From Cenococcum geophilum (taxonomy: Eukaryota): a DNA stretch of 64,000 nucleotides. Below, piece by piece: positions 13,576-28,100 of the stretch. Position 1 is the first letter of the stretch. The number at the start of each line of letters is the position of its first letter. A model generated the notes under the pieces. It was not told the origin of the DNA, searched no databases, and saw only the letters and a program-made list of their open reading frames with translations. Made by a program: the position numbers and the translations under genes. Location: NCBI GenBank assembly GCA_050273025.1, contig CP158635.1, positions 33,542,001 to 33,606,000 on the forward strand. Reading direction: 5' to 3'.

Positions 13576-14806
13576 TAGAAGTAGTAGTAGTAAAAAAGGA
13601 TAAATATAGGTTTATAAGTTAGTAAAGGAAAATATAAAAAGTATTAGTTAAAAATAAAATAAAAAAAATAAAAATAAAAAAAATAAAAAAATAAAAATAA
13701 AAAAAAAGAATAAAAAAAAAAAGAATAGAAAAAAAAATAAAAAAGAGGAAGGTAAAAAAAAGGAAAAAAAAATTAAATAAATAAAAAAAAGGATAAAGGG
13801 GAAAAATATAGAAGTAAAAAGTAATAGTAGAAGTAGTAATTTAAATAAAAGTAATAGTAAAGGTAGTAGAAGTAGTAAATTATATAATAGTAGTAATAAA
13901 GATAGTAGAAGTAATAATAAAAGTAAAAATAATAAAAAAAATAAAAGTATTAATAACTTATTAATTAAAATATAAATATAGTAAAAGGGTTATATAAGCT
14001 TATATAATTAAATTATTTATAAATAAAAATTTAAAGCTAAAAAAAATAAAAAAAATAAATAAATAGTAATATAAGGAGTTATATATAATCCCTAGTTATA
14101 TAAGCCTTATATTTACTATAATATTTACTATAGCTATTACTTTTTATTAATATTATAATAAATAGAGGAGTAAATAGGGGTAAGGTATTAAAAGTTAGTT
14201 TTAGTATATTAATATTATAAAAGAAGTTAATTTTAATATATTAATATTATTAAAAGTAATAGTAAGAGTAAAAGTAGTAATAGGTAATAAAAGTAGTAAT
14301 AAAAGTAGTAAAAGTAATAAAAGTAATAAAAATAATTATAGTTTTTTTTAATAATAGTAATATAAAAGTAAGTATAAAAGAGAATTAAGGTAAAATATAA
14401 TAATAGTTAGTATTAATAAAGTAAAGAGGATTATTAATAATAAAAGGGGTAAAAATTAAATAATAGTTTTAGTTAGAAGTAAAAAGTATAAAATAAAAGT
14501 AGTTTTTTAGTAAGTATTATAGATAATATATAAAGAAAAAAGTAATAAATAAAAGGTAAGTAGTAAAAGTAAATAGTAAAGTATTATAAAGTTATTATAA
14601 GTAGGAGTAGTAATAAAAGAAGTAGTTATTAGTATTACCTAAGTATATTTAATTAGCCTATTAATTATTAAATTAATTCTTATTTAATAGGTATTAAAAG
14701 TAAAGGATTATAAGAATTATAGTACTTAAGTAGGGGGCTAATAAGTTACTATAAGAATAATTAATTAAATATATAACTATATAATATTTATTTATATACT
14801 CCTATC

Positions 14807-16670
14807 TATATATTTTAATAATAGTTTTAGTAGTAATATTTATATTAATAATAGTAATAAAAAAAATAAAAATATAGTTAATAAGAATTTTAATAATTTT
14901 AGTAAAAGATTAAGTAGTAATAAAAGTAATAAAAGAAATAGAAGTAATAAAAGTAATAAAAGTAATAGAAGTAATAAAAGTAATAAAAGTAATAAAAGTA
15001 ATAGAAGTAATAGAAGTAATAAGAGTAATAGAAGTAATAAAAGTAATAAGAGTAATAAGAGTAATAAAAGTAATAAGAGTAATAAAAGTAGTAATAAATA
15101 TAATTATAATAATAGTAAAAGAAATAAGAGAAATATATATATATTTATAGGTTAGTAATAAAAGGTATAAAAGGTATTAATTAAATAGATAAAGTAGATT
15201 AAAATAATAATTTAAAATATAATAGATAGGTTAAAGAGGTTTAAGTAAATATAGATTATTAAAGAAATTAGTATATTAATAGGTATAAAAGTAATAAAAG
15301 TAATAAATTAAGTAATAATAAGAGTAAAGATAATAGAAGTTATAATAATAATAAAAATAAAGATAGTAGAAGTAAAAGTAGTAATAAAAATAATAAAAGT
15401 AGTAGGATTAGTAAATTAAGTAATAGAAGTAAATTAGATAAATATAATAATAGAAAAAAATTAAATAATAAAGATAATAGAAGTAATAGTAGAAGTAAAA
15501 GTAGTAAAAATAGTAGTAAAAGTAAAGGTAGATTAAGTAGAAATAATAGTAGTAAGAATAGTAATATAATAAAGTAAAAAAAATTAGGATTAATAATAAG
15601 AGTAAAAATTAAATAGTAGTTTTAATTAGGGGTAAAGAGTATATAGTAATAGTATTTTTTATTAAGTATTATAAATAGTAGTATTTTAAAGTATAATAGA
15701 TAAAGGGTAATAGTAAAGTAAGTAGTAGTAGTAAATAGTAAGATATTATAGGGGTAATTATAAATTTTAGTAGTAGAAATAAAGGATTTAGTAAAAGTAA
15801 AGATAATAAAGGTAATTTTAGTAGATTAAGTAGTAGAGGTAAATTTAATAGTAATTTTAGTAAATTAAGTAATAATAAGAGTAAAAGTAATAATAAAGGT
15901 AATTTTAATAGAAATAAAATAGTAGATTAAATAAAAGTAGTAGTAAGTAATAGTAGTAAATTAAGTAATAGTAGTAGATTAAGTAATAATATTAGTAAAA
16001 ATAGTAGTTTAGGTAGTAATTTAGGTAATTTTAATAAATATAGATTAAGTAATTATAGAAATAGTAATAATAAAAAGGATAGTAATTTTAATAAAATATA
16101 AAATAAATTATTAAATAATAGATTATTAAGTAGTAAATTAAATAGTAGATTAAGTAAAAATAGTAGTAAAGGTAATAGGAAAAGTAATAATAGGGGTAAT
16201 AAAAATAGTAATAGAAATAATTTTAGTAATAAAGGTAATTATTTTAATAATAAAGTTAATAAAAGTAATAAAGGTAAGAGTAGTAAAGGTAATAAAAATA
16301 GATTAAGTAAAAAATTAAGTAATAATAAAGATAAAAAAGAAAGAAATTAAGTAATAAGGTAGTAAAAGTAATAAGGTAATAAGGTAATAAGGTAATAAAA
16401 TAATAAGGTAATAAAGGTAATAGGTAATAAAAGAGATATTTTAAATAGTAAGAGTAATAAATTAAATAGAGGATTAAATATTAGTAAATTAAATAATAGG
16501 TTTAATTTTAGTAGTAATAAATAAAGAGATAATAAATATAGTAAATTTAGTAGTAATTTAAATAAGTATAGTAATAAGGGTAATAATAAATAAAATAGTA
16601 ATTTATAGTAATTTATAGTAATTTTTTAAAAAAAAAAAAGAAAAAAGAAAAAAAAAGATAGTAAATAGTA
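14807..16670 (+). other. Cytosine-free + strand tract including a 9-bp AGTAATARA array (~14930-15090)
   Basis: No C seen on the + strand; the tract resumes at 40837-41363 beyond the MITE insertion. Confidence 0.85.
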
Positions 16671-17879
16671 ACGTATTTTACTACTAAGCTAGTAAAACTA
16701 TTAAGCTAATAGGTCTATTTTCCTACTAAAAATTATAAAAATTATAATATAATATCTTAATAACCACTTAATAATAAATTTTAATAATTTAGATTTAGAC
16801 TTTTATATATACTCTATAGCCCGTAAAGCCCTACTATATACATCTATATTATTATAGGTAAAAACATTATTAGGAATTAATTCCTTTTAATAGCTAAGTA
16901 TAAAGGCGATAGTAGAGAGCCGCCGTAGTGCGTATAGCGCGCTATTATCGTAGTTTTATAGTATTAAGCTTATAATACGTATAATATATTATATAAAGCT
17001 TATAATACGTATAATATATTATATAAAGCTTTATATAAAGTATCGCCCTTAATAATACTAGGAGCCTTACTACCTCTACTTAAGGCTCTTACTCTACTAC
17101 TTAAGGAGGCCTATTAAGGGAAACTAAGATATAAAAACTACCTAATATATAACTACCTAGCTTATAGCTAGGCCTAAAACTGGCCTTATTAGCTAGTTAA
17201 TATAAATATATCCTAGGCGTATAACAGAATACTCTTAGGCTTATACTAGCTCTAAGACTATAGGGATATAGTAAGGGTGTAGGGAACCTCTTTTTATAAG
17301 AACTTATTAAGGTTAATATATTATAAATACCTTATATAAAACTTATTAAGGCCCTAAGGCCACTATAAAGAACTTATTAAGGCCCCTACCTAAAGAACTT
17401 ATTAAGGCCCCTTTATAAAGGCCTATTTAGTATCTAGTATTTCTAAGTAACTTAGAAGAGGGTTTTAATAGGTATAATATACGCAACTTAAACGCAATAG
17501 CGACGTAATAGCGACATAATAGCGACTAAATAGCTTAATAAGGTGGAAATATGGGTAAAGCTTTAGGTAGCAGAAATATAGACTAGCTTTAACGGCCTTA
17601 TAGCGATTAGGTAACTTATAAAAGGGTTTTAATAGGCATAGTATATATAACCTATGTATATATATATAGGGGAGGCTTTAAGGAAATATAGGCTAGTTAT
17701 ATAAGGTTTTAATAGTTAAAGATATAGGCTAGCTTATAAAAAGGGGGGATATAAGCTTAGTTAGTAGAAAAGGGTAGAGTAGGTTATCTAGTATAGGACT
17801 AAGTATTTATAACCCCTCCTATAAGATATAGTCGGCCTATTATAAGGAAACTCTTATAGGTAATATAAAACGAAGACTA

Positions 17880-19420
17880 GTAGTATATAGGGTATTACGC
17901 CCCTATACTATTACTAGCCCTTATAAAGCGTAGTATATAGTAGCTATTACTAGCTCTAAAGACCTTACCCTTTAATTAAGCTTTAACCCCTAGTATACCT
18001 AATAGGTAGGTAGAATTACGTCCTAGCTAGAGAGATTTCTATATAGCTTAAGAAAATAGATATATATATTAGTATACTAATAGATAGAACTACTTACTAG
18101 GGTAGTACGCTAGTAAGGTATACTTAAGGAGTAAATAGAAGTTACTTAGGCGGGAGAGGTTTAGTAGGCCTTAACTATAAAAGGTGCACCTACTTTACAC
18201 TATAGGATATAGCTATAACGCCCTTATAGGATTACGCTAGTAGGTATATAAGATAGGAGTTATAACCCCTATAAATAGCAGCTTATACCTATACTAGCGG
18301 AAATAATAAAAAGAGGCGTAAAACTAAAGGCTATAGAAGGCTCCTAAGCCATATAAAAGCGTACTAACTTTAAAAGGAAACTCTTATATAGACTACTAGG
18401 GGGTAAACTAGTACTTAGGCTAACCCTATTATAAGATATCTATAAGAACTAGTAAGAATTCTTATATAATTAGTAGTAGTAGTTAACTACTTATAGCTAG
18501 GATAAAGTATTAAAAAACTAAGGTAGAGGCCTAGATAAGTAGGTATAATAAACTTTACTATATTATTAGTATTACTAGTATATATAACTACCTACCCCTA
18601 CTAGTTTTACTAGCTCTACCTCTATTAAAGGAAAAAAGAAGTAGTTATAAAAAAGGAGACTAGTTTTAGTTATAGACTAAAAGAACTAGCCTCTAAATAT
18701 CTTCTCTCTATAAAATTAAGTTAATTAACTATTTAGATCTAAACTATAAATAAAAAAGCTAGTAATAGCTACTATAGCTAGAACTAGAGAAAAGTAGAAT
18801 ATTCTCCTTATAACTATAGAAGAATATAATATAGAGTATTTAGTTAAATATAAGGAAATCTAGTCTAACTGCTTCTCTTTTAAAAGGGAATAAAAACTAG
18901 AGCCCTAGGCTTAGGTAGTAGCTTATAGTATTTCTATCTTCCCTTTTCTAAAAAAAGAAGGCTTTAAACTTCTAAAAGAAGAAATAGAGACTTTTAATCC
19001 TATTAGAATATAGGGATTACCTAAATAGATCTTATCTAGGGAAAAGAGATATAATCTATAAACTAGGTTTAGCTTTATAGTCTTTACTATAGAAAATAAG
19101 GAGAAAAGATAGAAAATCCTTAAGTAAAAGGAAATCCTAATTATAGGGGTAGCTGCTAAGGTAGTTAAATACCTAAAAGTCTTTCCTACTATATAGTGTA
19201 TAAGTTGCCAAAAATTTAGCTATATAGGAGATAGATACTTTATTAAGGCCTATTAATTTTATATAGCGGTATATTTATCTAAGAACTACTCCTATTCTAC
19301 TTATAATATAATAGAAAGACCTTATAAGTATACTACCCCTCTTTATAGTAATTATAAAGAAAATTACTTTACTAATAGTAAAGATTACAAGTCTCTTAAA
19401 GTAGCTAAGCTAGTATATTA
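17880..19420 (+). pseudogene. LINE ORF1 (gag-like) relic
   Basis: Tandem zinc knuckles from ~19195 (de-RIP QC.SCQKFGH..DRC, C..C...H...H). Start approximate. Confidence 0.75.
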
Positions 19421-22400
19421 ATAAGTATAAGCTTAAAAGGTTCTATATAGGAAAAAGAAGAGATCTCTCTAGTTTCTAAAACTAGAGGAGAAATCTCCTT
19501 TATATAACATAATATAGGAAAAAGATAAGAAGTATAGCAAACCCTACTAGAAATAGGATTTAGGAAAAAAATAAATATTATTTTAGTATAAGAGCCTAAT
19601 ACCTAGAAAGATAGATAAAAAGAATCCTACTTTTTTATTTTATATCCTATATTTAACCTAATCCTCCCTAGTAATCTAGCTATTCGACCTAAAGTAGCTA
19701 TCTATATAAGGAAAACTATTTCTAGTATTCTATAATATAGAAGTAGGGAGGATATCTATAAAGATATAGATATTATAGTATTAGAAATCTATAGCCAACT
19801 TAAAAGATTTCTACTATTTAATATCTATAATAAGAGATAACTAGACAAAAACTCTAGAACCTAAAGAAGTAGTATAACTACTATCTCTAGGGCTATTCTA
19901 GAACTGGAAATAGATCTCCCTTTTATATTAATAGGAGACTATAACCTATACTATAAATAGTAAAACGCGCTAGCTAGGAACCTAATTAAGAAGGCTAAGG
20001 AACTAGTAGACTAGCTAAATAAATATAACTACTAACTACTAAATTTAGATAAATAAAAAGGGACCTTCTATAAATCTAATATAAGGGAAAAGTCTATTAT
20101 AGACCTAGCCTTCTACTTAGGAAACTTTTAAAAAAATACCTAGAATAATTAAACTATAATAGAAGAAATAGGATTTAATTATAAGACTATAGCATTTTCT
20201 TTATTTACTAAAGAGATATAAAGATACCTAAACCCTCTTTAAGAAACTCCTTTTTTTATAAAAAAGGTAAACTAGGAGCTTTTCTCTACCTCTTTAAAAA
20301 AGTAAGTTTTAGAGCTAGAACTAGAAGTAAAACTTTTAATACTAAAAGAACTAGTAGGAGAAAACCCCTATATAGAGATAGGAGAAAAAGGTCCCCTAGC
20401 CTCTTTAGAAGATTTCTATAAACCTAAAAATAGAAGCTTAAGTATACTAGTAAATAATCTAGTAATAGATCTTACTAGAGGTATAAAGCTAGTAGTAAAG
20501 AAAGCTATCCCTAGATCTAGAACTTATAAATTCTTTAAACTATAGTAGAATAAAGAGCTTCTAAAGAAAAGATAAAAAATAGCAAAATTAGGAAGACTTT
20601 AAGAAGAATAACCTACTAAAAGTTTTAGATTAGAAGCCTATAAAGAAGCTAAAAATCAATACTTTTATATAATAAGAGAAGCTAAAACTAGCTACTAAAA
20701 TAGCTTCCTAAAAAAAGTATAAGGAAAGGAAGTCTTTACTACCCTAAAATATATAAAGGAGAGAATATTGCGAATAATCCCTAGTCTATAGTATAGTAAA
20801 GACAGAAATACTAGACTAGTAAAAAGCTTTAAGGACTAGTATAAAGCTTTTATAACTACTTTATTCCCTAAACCCCCCCCTCTACTAGCCTTATAGAGTG
20901 GAAGGACTATATAATAGATAATAAATAGAAATAGCTAGAACTAGAGAAAATAGAAGTTAAATAAGTAATTTTCTCTAGCTTTAATAAAAAGGCTTTAGGA
21001 CTAGATAGGATATTTTTTATAATTTTATAAAAGGCCTACCCTATTATAAAAGATCTTTTATATAAAATCTATAGGATTTTATTTATTTTAGGCTATTAGC
21101 TAAAGGTCTAGAGAGAAGCTTAAGGAGTTATTCTCCTTAAAGTAAATAAGGAGGACTATTCCTTACTAAAGTTCTATAGACCTATCTCCTTACTAAACTA
21201 CCTAGAAAAGACTTTAGAAAAGATCTTTACTATTAAATTAGAATATTTAGCTAGTACTACTAGCTTACTTTAAGATTCTTAACTAAAAGGAAGAAGATAG
21301 CGGTCTATAATAGACGTAGTCTTATTACTTCTAAATAATATCTAATCTAAAAATAGTAGGAAAAAAGCTAGATAAAGGATAGCTACTATATTATTCCTAA
21401 ACGTAAAAGGGGCTTTTAACTATATCTCTAAAAACTAGCTTTTATCTATCTATAAGGAACTAGGACTACCTATAGCATTTATATAATAGGTAGCTACTTT
21501 CCTTAGTAATAGAAAGCTATAGCTCTCCTTTAATAGGTAAATATAAAAAAAAGTAAAACTAGAAATAAGGATACTATAGGGATCGCCTATATCCCCTATT
21601 TTATTTCTACTATATATACGTAATATCTATAGTATATAGATAGAAGGAGCCTACTCTCTTAGCTATATAGACGATTTTATAATTACGGTTACCTTAAATT
21701 TAGCTAAGTCTAATTATAAAAAGCTAGAGAGAATAGCGCTAAAGCTAATATCTAAAGCTAAGAAAGCTGCTATTAGTTTTAATATTAGTAAAATAAAGCT
21801 TATATACTTTTATAGTAAACGTATTACTATAGAAGAAGGGTTAAAGCTAGGAGATATAGAAATATCCCCTAAACCCCTAGTTAGGTAGTTAGGGGTATTT
21901 CTAAACTCTAAGCTTACTTTTAAATAATATATAGAAATACAAATCTTTAAAGCAAAAACAGCTTTCTATTTAATTAGAAGACTAGGTAATATATAAAAAG
22001 GTCTATCTTTATAAGCCCTACGACAGCTCTATATAGCTTACGTTACTACTATAGCAGACTATAGTATATAATACTAGTAGAAAAGCAAATTTAGAGATTA
22101 CCTATTAAATAGGTACTAATCTCTATAAAATAAGGCCCTAAAACTAGTTCTAGGAGCGTTTAAAAGATCTTTTAGCTAAGCTATAGAGATTAAAGCCTTT
22201 ATTCCTCCTTCTAGAATTAAATTTAAAAAGCTTTACAATAACTACGTATTAAAAATCCTAAAATTTAAGGAAAACTATATAATTAAGAAGGTCTATATAG
22301 AAGAGATTAATAAAGATAGGGATGAATTAGCAGCTAATTCTAGCTCTAGTTTTAGCCCTAAAAACTCTACTATAAAGTACCTCTTATAGCTAAAGATATA

Positions 22401-22911
22401 GCTACTATCTTTAGCCTCTAGAGTTTAGCAGCTAATTTAAAACTAAAAAATAGAGAGAATCTCTCTAAAATAGCAAAAACTGTAGTCTTCTCCTATCTCT
22501 ACATTCTTTTCTATCTTAAGGGGTAGTAAAGAAGAAGCTATATAAGAATATTTAAGACTAGTAGAAAGTTTATAAGAATCTCTAAAGTGGGATTTAGTAG
22601 ATATATACTATATAGATAGCTCTAAAGATAATAAATTAAATATAGCTGTTATATATAAAATAGGGGAGAGAAATAGGATTAAATATATAACGAACTAGAA
22701 TCTAAAACCCTATATAGAAATTATAAATATAGAGCTCTATATAGTCTATAGGGCCCTAAAACACCTAAAATAATAAAGACTAAAAGAGAAATAAGTCTAT
22801 ATCTTTATAGATAGCTAAGCGGCTATTAAGAGATTATAGCTTAATTCTCTTATAGGGGGGCAAGAATTAGTCTTTAAAATTATATAAAGCTATTCCTACT
22901 TAGCTAGTAAG

Positions 22912-23289
22912 TATAAGAGGCTAGCTTAACCGGAACGTATAATTATCTAATTAACAGTATTACTAGTAAGTAGAAGGTAAGTTAAAGGTAAATAGAAGGT
23001 AAGTTAAAGGTAGAATAAGTTTTATATATTAAAGAATAAATGCTTTTAACCACTTCTATTTAAAGACTAATCGCTAGTTCTTCTCTAGAGGAGAACTAGC
23101 TCCCTATATAATCTTTCTAAAACGCTAGCAAAACCCTTTACCCCTTATTTATCTAACTATGTCTTTTAGGACGTAGATAAAATATAGGTAAGACCTCCTT
23201 CTAAAATATAGATAAGACCTCCTTTTAAAATATAGATAAGACCTCCTTTTATCTTATCTAATATATACCTTCTAGGGAATTCCATTATA
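22912..23289 (-). repeat. 3' LTR of Gypsy A copy 2
   Basis: Direct repeat of 30324-30701; inverted copy of 2713-3090. Confidence 0.95.
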
Positions 23290-23899
23290 ATTGCCTCCCC
23301 TTTAAGGGTTTTAGTCCTCTAAGACTTCGCCTCTACTAAGCTTTTATAGAGTTCTAGCTAAAACCACTAGGGAAATTCTTAGTAGAAAGGTACTCTATAA
23401 TGCGGCTTATAGCTAATTCTTTACTAGTGTAAAACCTTACTTTATTCTTAATTCCTCTGCTCTTTTCCTACTATAGTTCCCTATAATGCCTTTATAATAG
23501 AACTAAAATAATAATAATAAAAATTAGATAGGATTTACCTTTCTTATTATAAGAGTTTATTATAAGTTAATCTAGAGGTTGTTCTATGTAACGCGTTTAT
23601 AAGCTACTATCTCTATTTACCTAAAATAGATTCTAATAATAATGTCTTTATTTTAATTTTCTTCTAGTTTATAAGCTATCGCCTCTTACGCGTCTTTTTA
23701 TTAATAATACTATTTATCTTATCTTTTAGCAGACTATTTCCTCTATATTTTTACTTTTAGCTTCTATATCTCTAGCTATTCTTTTATAGCTACTTTATTC
23801 TCTTCTTATAATATATCTATAAGTAATAGGATCCCTACCTTATCTTCTTATAATAATGCTAACTTTTTAGAGTATTCTTTTATAATGGCTTGTGGTCCC

Positions 23900-24200
23900 T
23901 AGACCGGCAGCAGTATTATTAATCTCCTAGTGACGCCCTAGATAGCGTCTATTACTCCTATAGCAGTTTCCCTAAAATACTATTATCGCTACGTTTATGC
24001 TCTTATATAGGATCCTTTCTATATTTATAAGATGCCTTACTTTAATAAAAATAAATCTAAGTGCTCCTATTATCGCAGTAGGAAAAAGACCTATATCCTA
24101 GTATTTCCCATTCTATCCTATTTTAGATTTCGCTAATTATACTAGATCCCCGCTATTTATATATATAAAACTTATAGGCTCTAACGCGCTATCTAAGATT
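23900..24200 (+). pseudogene. Six-cysteine zinc-cluster-like ORF relic, antisense to Gypsy A pol
   Basis: 23981-24094 gives C-x2-C-x11-C-x11-C-x2-C-x6-C after reverting TAT/TAC to TGT/TGC (one TGC intact at 24062); same frame in copy 1 (~2021->1908). Confidence 0.45.
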
Positions 24201-25199
24201 TCCGCTAATATCCTAATAGTAATAGGCGGGAATAAAAGGTGTCTTCCCTTACTTACAGACTCTTTAATTTTATAAGGGTTTCTACTGCTATAGAGATATA
24301 ACGTTTTTGGATATATAATATTTAGGAGTGTATATATAAACAGCTTGTCCTTATTAATAATAATATTTATACTTTTACGCGGGCTACTCTAGCCAGGTAA
24401 GTTTCTCTAGTAACTTACTTAAAAACTATACTAACTCCTTTAGCTAATATCTTTCTAATCCTTACTTAGACGCTAATTTAGAACCTAGGGATATTAAGGA
24501 TAGCAACGACGGTTAAAATAAACGTTCTTCTTATTAGTTTTCTGCCTATACTAGTTCTTCTAGCACCTATTATTCTAAGAAGAATATTAGTAGAAGTGTT
24601 AATGCTTCTAGGGATAGAGGAGCTAATAATACTATTAATAATAACGTTAAGATAGAAGAGGAGGCTCCTATTACTACTGCTAGTGTTTAAGTTATTACCT
24701 AGCTCTTTCCTTCTTTTTATAGAATAGCTTTATATAGTGCCTCTTAGGTGCCTTTAAAATGCCCTATTATTAGGAATTAACTTTATACTTTAGGGATGCC
24801 TTTATTCTAAGCTTTGGTAATAATCTATATAAACGTAGTGCACTATTATAATCCCTATATGTAATAAACGGGTAGTGTTCCTATAGGTGCTTTATAATTC
24901 CTTAAAATTTCTAATTCTTTATAGGCTATCCTTTTGCTCCTCTTTATACTATTAACTCTACTATATATCTCTAGTGCTAGGCTAGATATTCTCTTTTTAT
25001 CCCTAGGGGATCTTTCTAAATCCCCAAGGCTACTTCTTATAGTGCTACTACTCCTTCTTATACAGCGTCTTCTTTAAATAGTATCCCTAGTGGTTCTCCT
25101 ATAGGTCCCTATAGGCTTCCTCTTATAGAATTCTAGGATTTCTATTATAATAGCGAAACGTTTCCGTTTTTAATGCCTGTGCTTACTCCTATGGTTTTA

Positions 25200-28100
25200 A
25201 TTTATGGGGTCTTCCCTATTACTTTACCTATAGTATATTTAGAATTATTTTTAAGTCTTTACCTTTAGTTCTTAGAAAGGTTTTAATTACGGTATTATAT
25301 CCTAGCTAAAGGTATTCCTTAGGTTCCTAACTATTATGTGCCTAAAAGTATTCTTCCTAATAAACTAAAAATTCGCGCTTTTTTTAGCGCTATCTTTAGT
25401 CTAAAATATCTTCTATATTCTATTCCAGTTCCCTATTAATTTCGTTAAGTAGGGGCGGTTCCGTATTATCTTTTCTTTAGTATAGCTTTAGTAAGAAAAC
25501 ATAAAATATAGGATATATTAGATAAGATTTTGGTAATTCTAATTTATAGGCTTAGTTTCCTTTAGTTTTCTTAACTATCTTAAAGGGTCTAAGCTACTAG
25601 TAATCCAGCTTCTTCTTAATGCGTTTTATTTAGATATTTTTTATAAATAGTAAGACTTCGTCTTCTATCTTAAATTCTTTTAGCATATATTTTTTGTTAT
25701 AGTACTTTTTTTACATAGCTTAGGCGTCTAGTAAGTGCTTTTTAAGTTCCTCTTTACAAATTCTTATTTACTTAATTCTTTTAGACGCCGCTAGTGCCTC
25801 TCTTTTAGGAATAATATCCTTAATATTCTAGGGGTTATTTACTTTTACCCCAAATAATACTTTATAAGGGGTTATTTTTATACTGCTATAGATACTTATA
25901 TTATATATATACTGCGCTAAAGCTAACTATAATATCTAATTATCCTATTAATAATTAATATAGTAGCGGAGGTAGTGTTCTAATAACGTATTTAGACGCT
26001 CTATTTACCCGTCTATTTATAGGTAAAAGGTAGTACTTATCCTTCGCCGTATTTTTAATAAGAGATAGAATAAAGACTAAAATATACTATTAAATATGGT
26101 GCCTCTATTAGATATGATTCCCCTTAGCGTGCTAAATAAGAGCTACTGTTCTAAAAATAGGTCTGCTAGTTCTGCTACTATAATTATTATTATAATAGTA
26201 AAGTATCCTAAAAACTTTATATACCTATTAACGATTACTAGGATAGTGTTAGTAACCTCTCTAGTTCTTATTTTAGTAGGGGGTAAGCCTATAATAAAAT
26301 CCATTGTTAATTCTAATATAGGTCCCTACGGAATAGGAAGTACTAATAACTTACCGTATAGGCAATGCCTAGATATCTATATCCTTTAGCACGTATTACA
26401 CCTTAATATATAGTCCTTAACCTCTTTAGATATTCCGTCTTAAAAGTATTTCCTTTAAACGGCCTTAAGGGTCCTATTAGCACTATAGTGACCCCTAAAA
26501 AGGTTATTGTAGAAGACCTTTAGAATTTTGTCTTAAATCGCTTAGTCCTTTAGGATATATATAGCACCCTTAAAGCGTAATAGACCCTTTTAGTCTTGCT
26601 ACTATAGCTTCTTAGTAACTCCGGCTAAGTTAATCTCTACTATATCTTTCTACCTCTCCCTAGAGGCGAAGGCGTCCCTTTATTAAGCTTAAAGGAGAAG
26701 ATCTAAAAAGGTTTTATATAGATTACTTACTTCTATTTCACCTACCGCCATTATAGACTTAAGGCGTAGTATAAGACGTTTTAAACCATTAGTACTAGTA
26801 GATTCTCCTACTATTATATAGTGTGCTATGCTATAGATAGGTATCTTACCTATTCCCCTTAGATCCGAGAACTTGTAGCTAATACGCCGTTAAGTTAAAG
26901 GTGCCGCGACACCTCTAGCACATTCTATAGAATTCTCGCTAATTCTAAGGTACGCTAACTTTATAACATCTACTTAGTCTATAACCTAGTTTATAACTAT
27001 ATCCTATAGCTCTATAATTGTATTGCTTTATAGCTATATTACTAGGACCTCTACTTTACCGCGAAATTCTATAGTTCTAAGAAAAGAGTCTTCTTTCTTT
27101 TTAAGTAAATTTTGCAATATAGGGATTATTTCCCCTATACTATCCTAGATCCTCCCTATCTTGTAATCCGAACGTCTTAATAACCTATTAGTAGGATTTA
27201 TCTTTCCTAGGCGGTACGTAATTTTAAAATCGTACTATAATAGTGCCTTTACCCACCTAGCTTATTAACCGCTTAATACCTTTATAGTTATAAAGTATTC
27301 TAGGTTATTATAGTCTGTAAGGACTTTAATAGGATAATTGCTTCCTATACAATAATATCGCCAGTGCTTTATTACTATAATTATCGCGAGTAGCTCCTAA
27401 TCGTATGTTATATAACGCTGCTTTATAGGGGTTATTTTTCTTAACCAAAACGCTATAGGATACTATTTTCCGTCTTTTAATTAAGATATAATTGCCCTTA
27501 GGGTAAAGCTAGATATATCCGTTTTAAGGTATATATATAGCTCCTAGTAGAAGTATATTAGAATAGGCGCTGATATAAACAAATCCTTTAACCGGTCTAT
27601 AGCCTATTTAGTAGCTTCCCTAAATATAAAGGGTCCTAACTTTCTGCCATTCTTAGATCCTTTTAGTAGATTGATAATTAGGAGTATTACTTATAAGTAG
27701 TAAACAATAAACGTTTAGTAGAAGTTCGCCGTGCCTAAGAAAACCTATACTTCTCTAAATATTGTAGGGTAGGGCCATTCCCTAATAGCGTCTACTCGAC
27801 TTTTCTTTATTAATACTCCGTTAACGCTAATAATAAAGCCTAAAAAATCAATACTAGTAGTATAGAACGTGTACTTTTTTAGGTTTATATAGAGCTTATA
27901 TTCCCGCAGTCTTTCTAGTACCATTTATATATAGTATATATATGCTTCGTAGTTATTAGAGTAGACTATAATATTATTAAGGTAGACTATATATATCGTG
28001 TTTAATAGGCCTAACAATACCTTATTAATATAGGCCTGAAATATCGCTAATGCGTTAGTAAGCCTAAATAGTATCACTAGGTACTTAAAGTGGCCGTACC

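Noticed and set aside
2100..26389. Short ORFs 2100-2288, 6919-7134 and 26096-26389
   Set aside because: Short AT-biased frames inside retrotransposons with no recognisable domain; the last two are antisense to gag and integrase.
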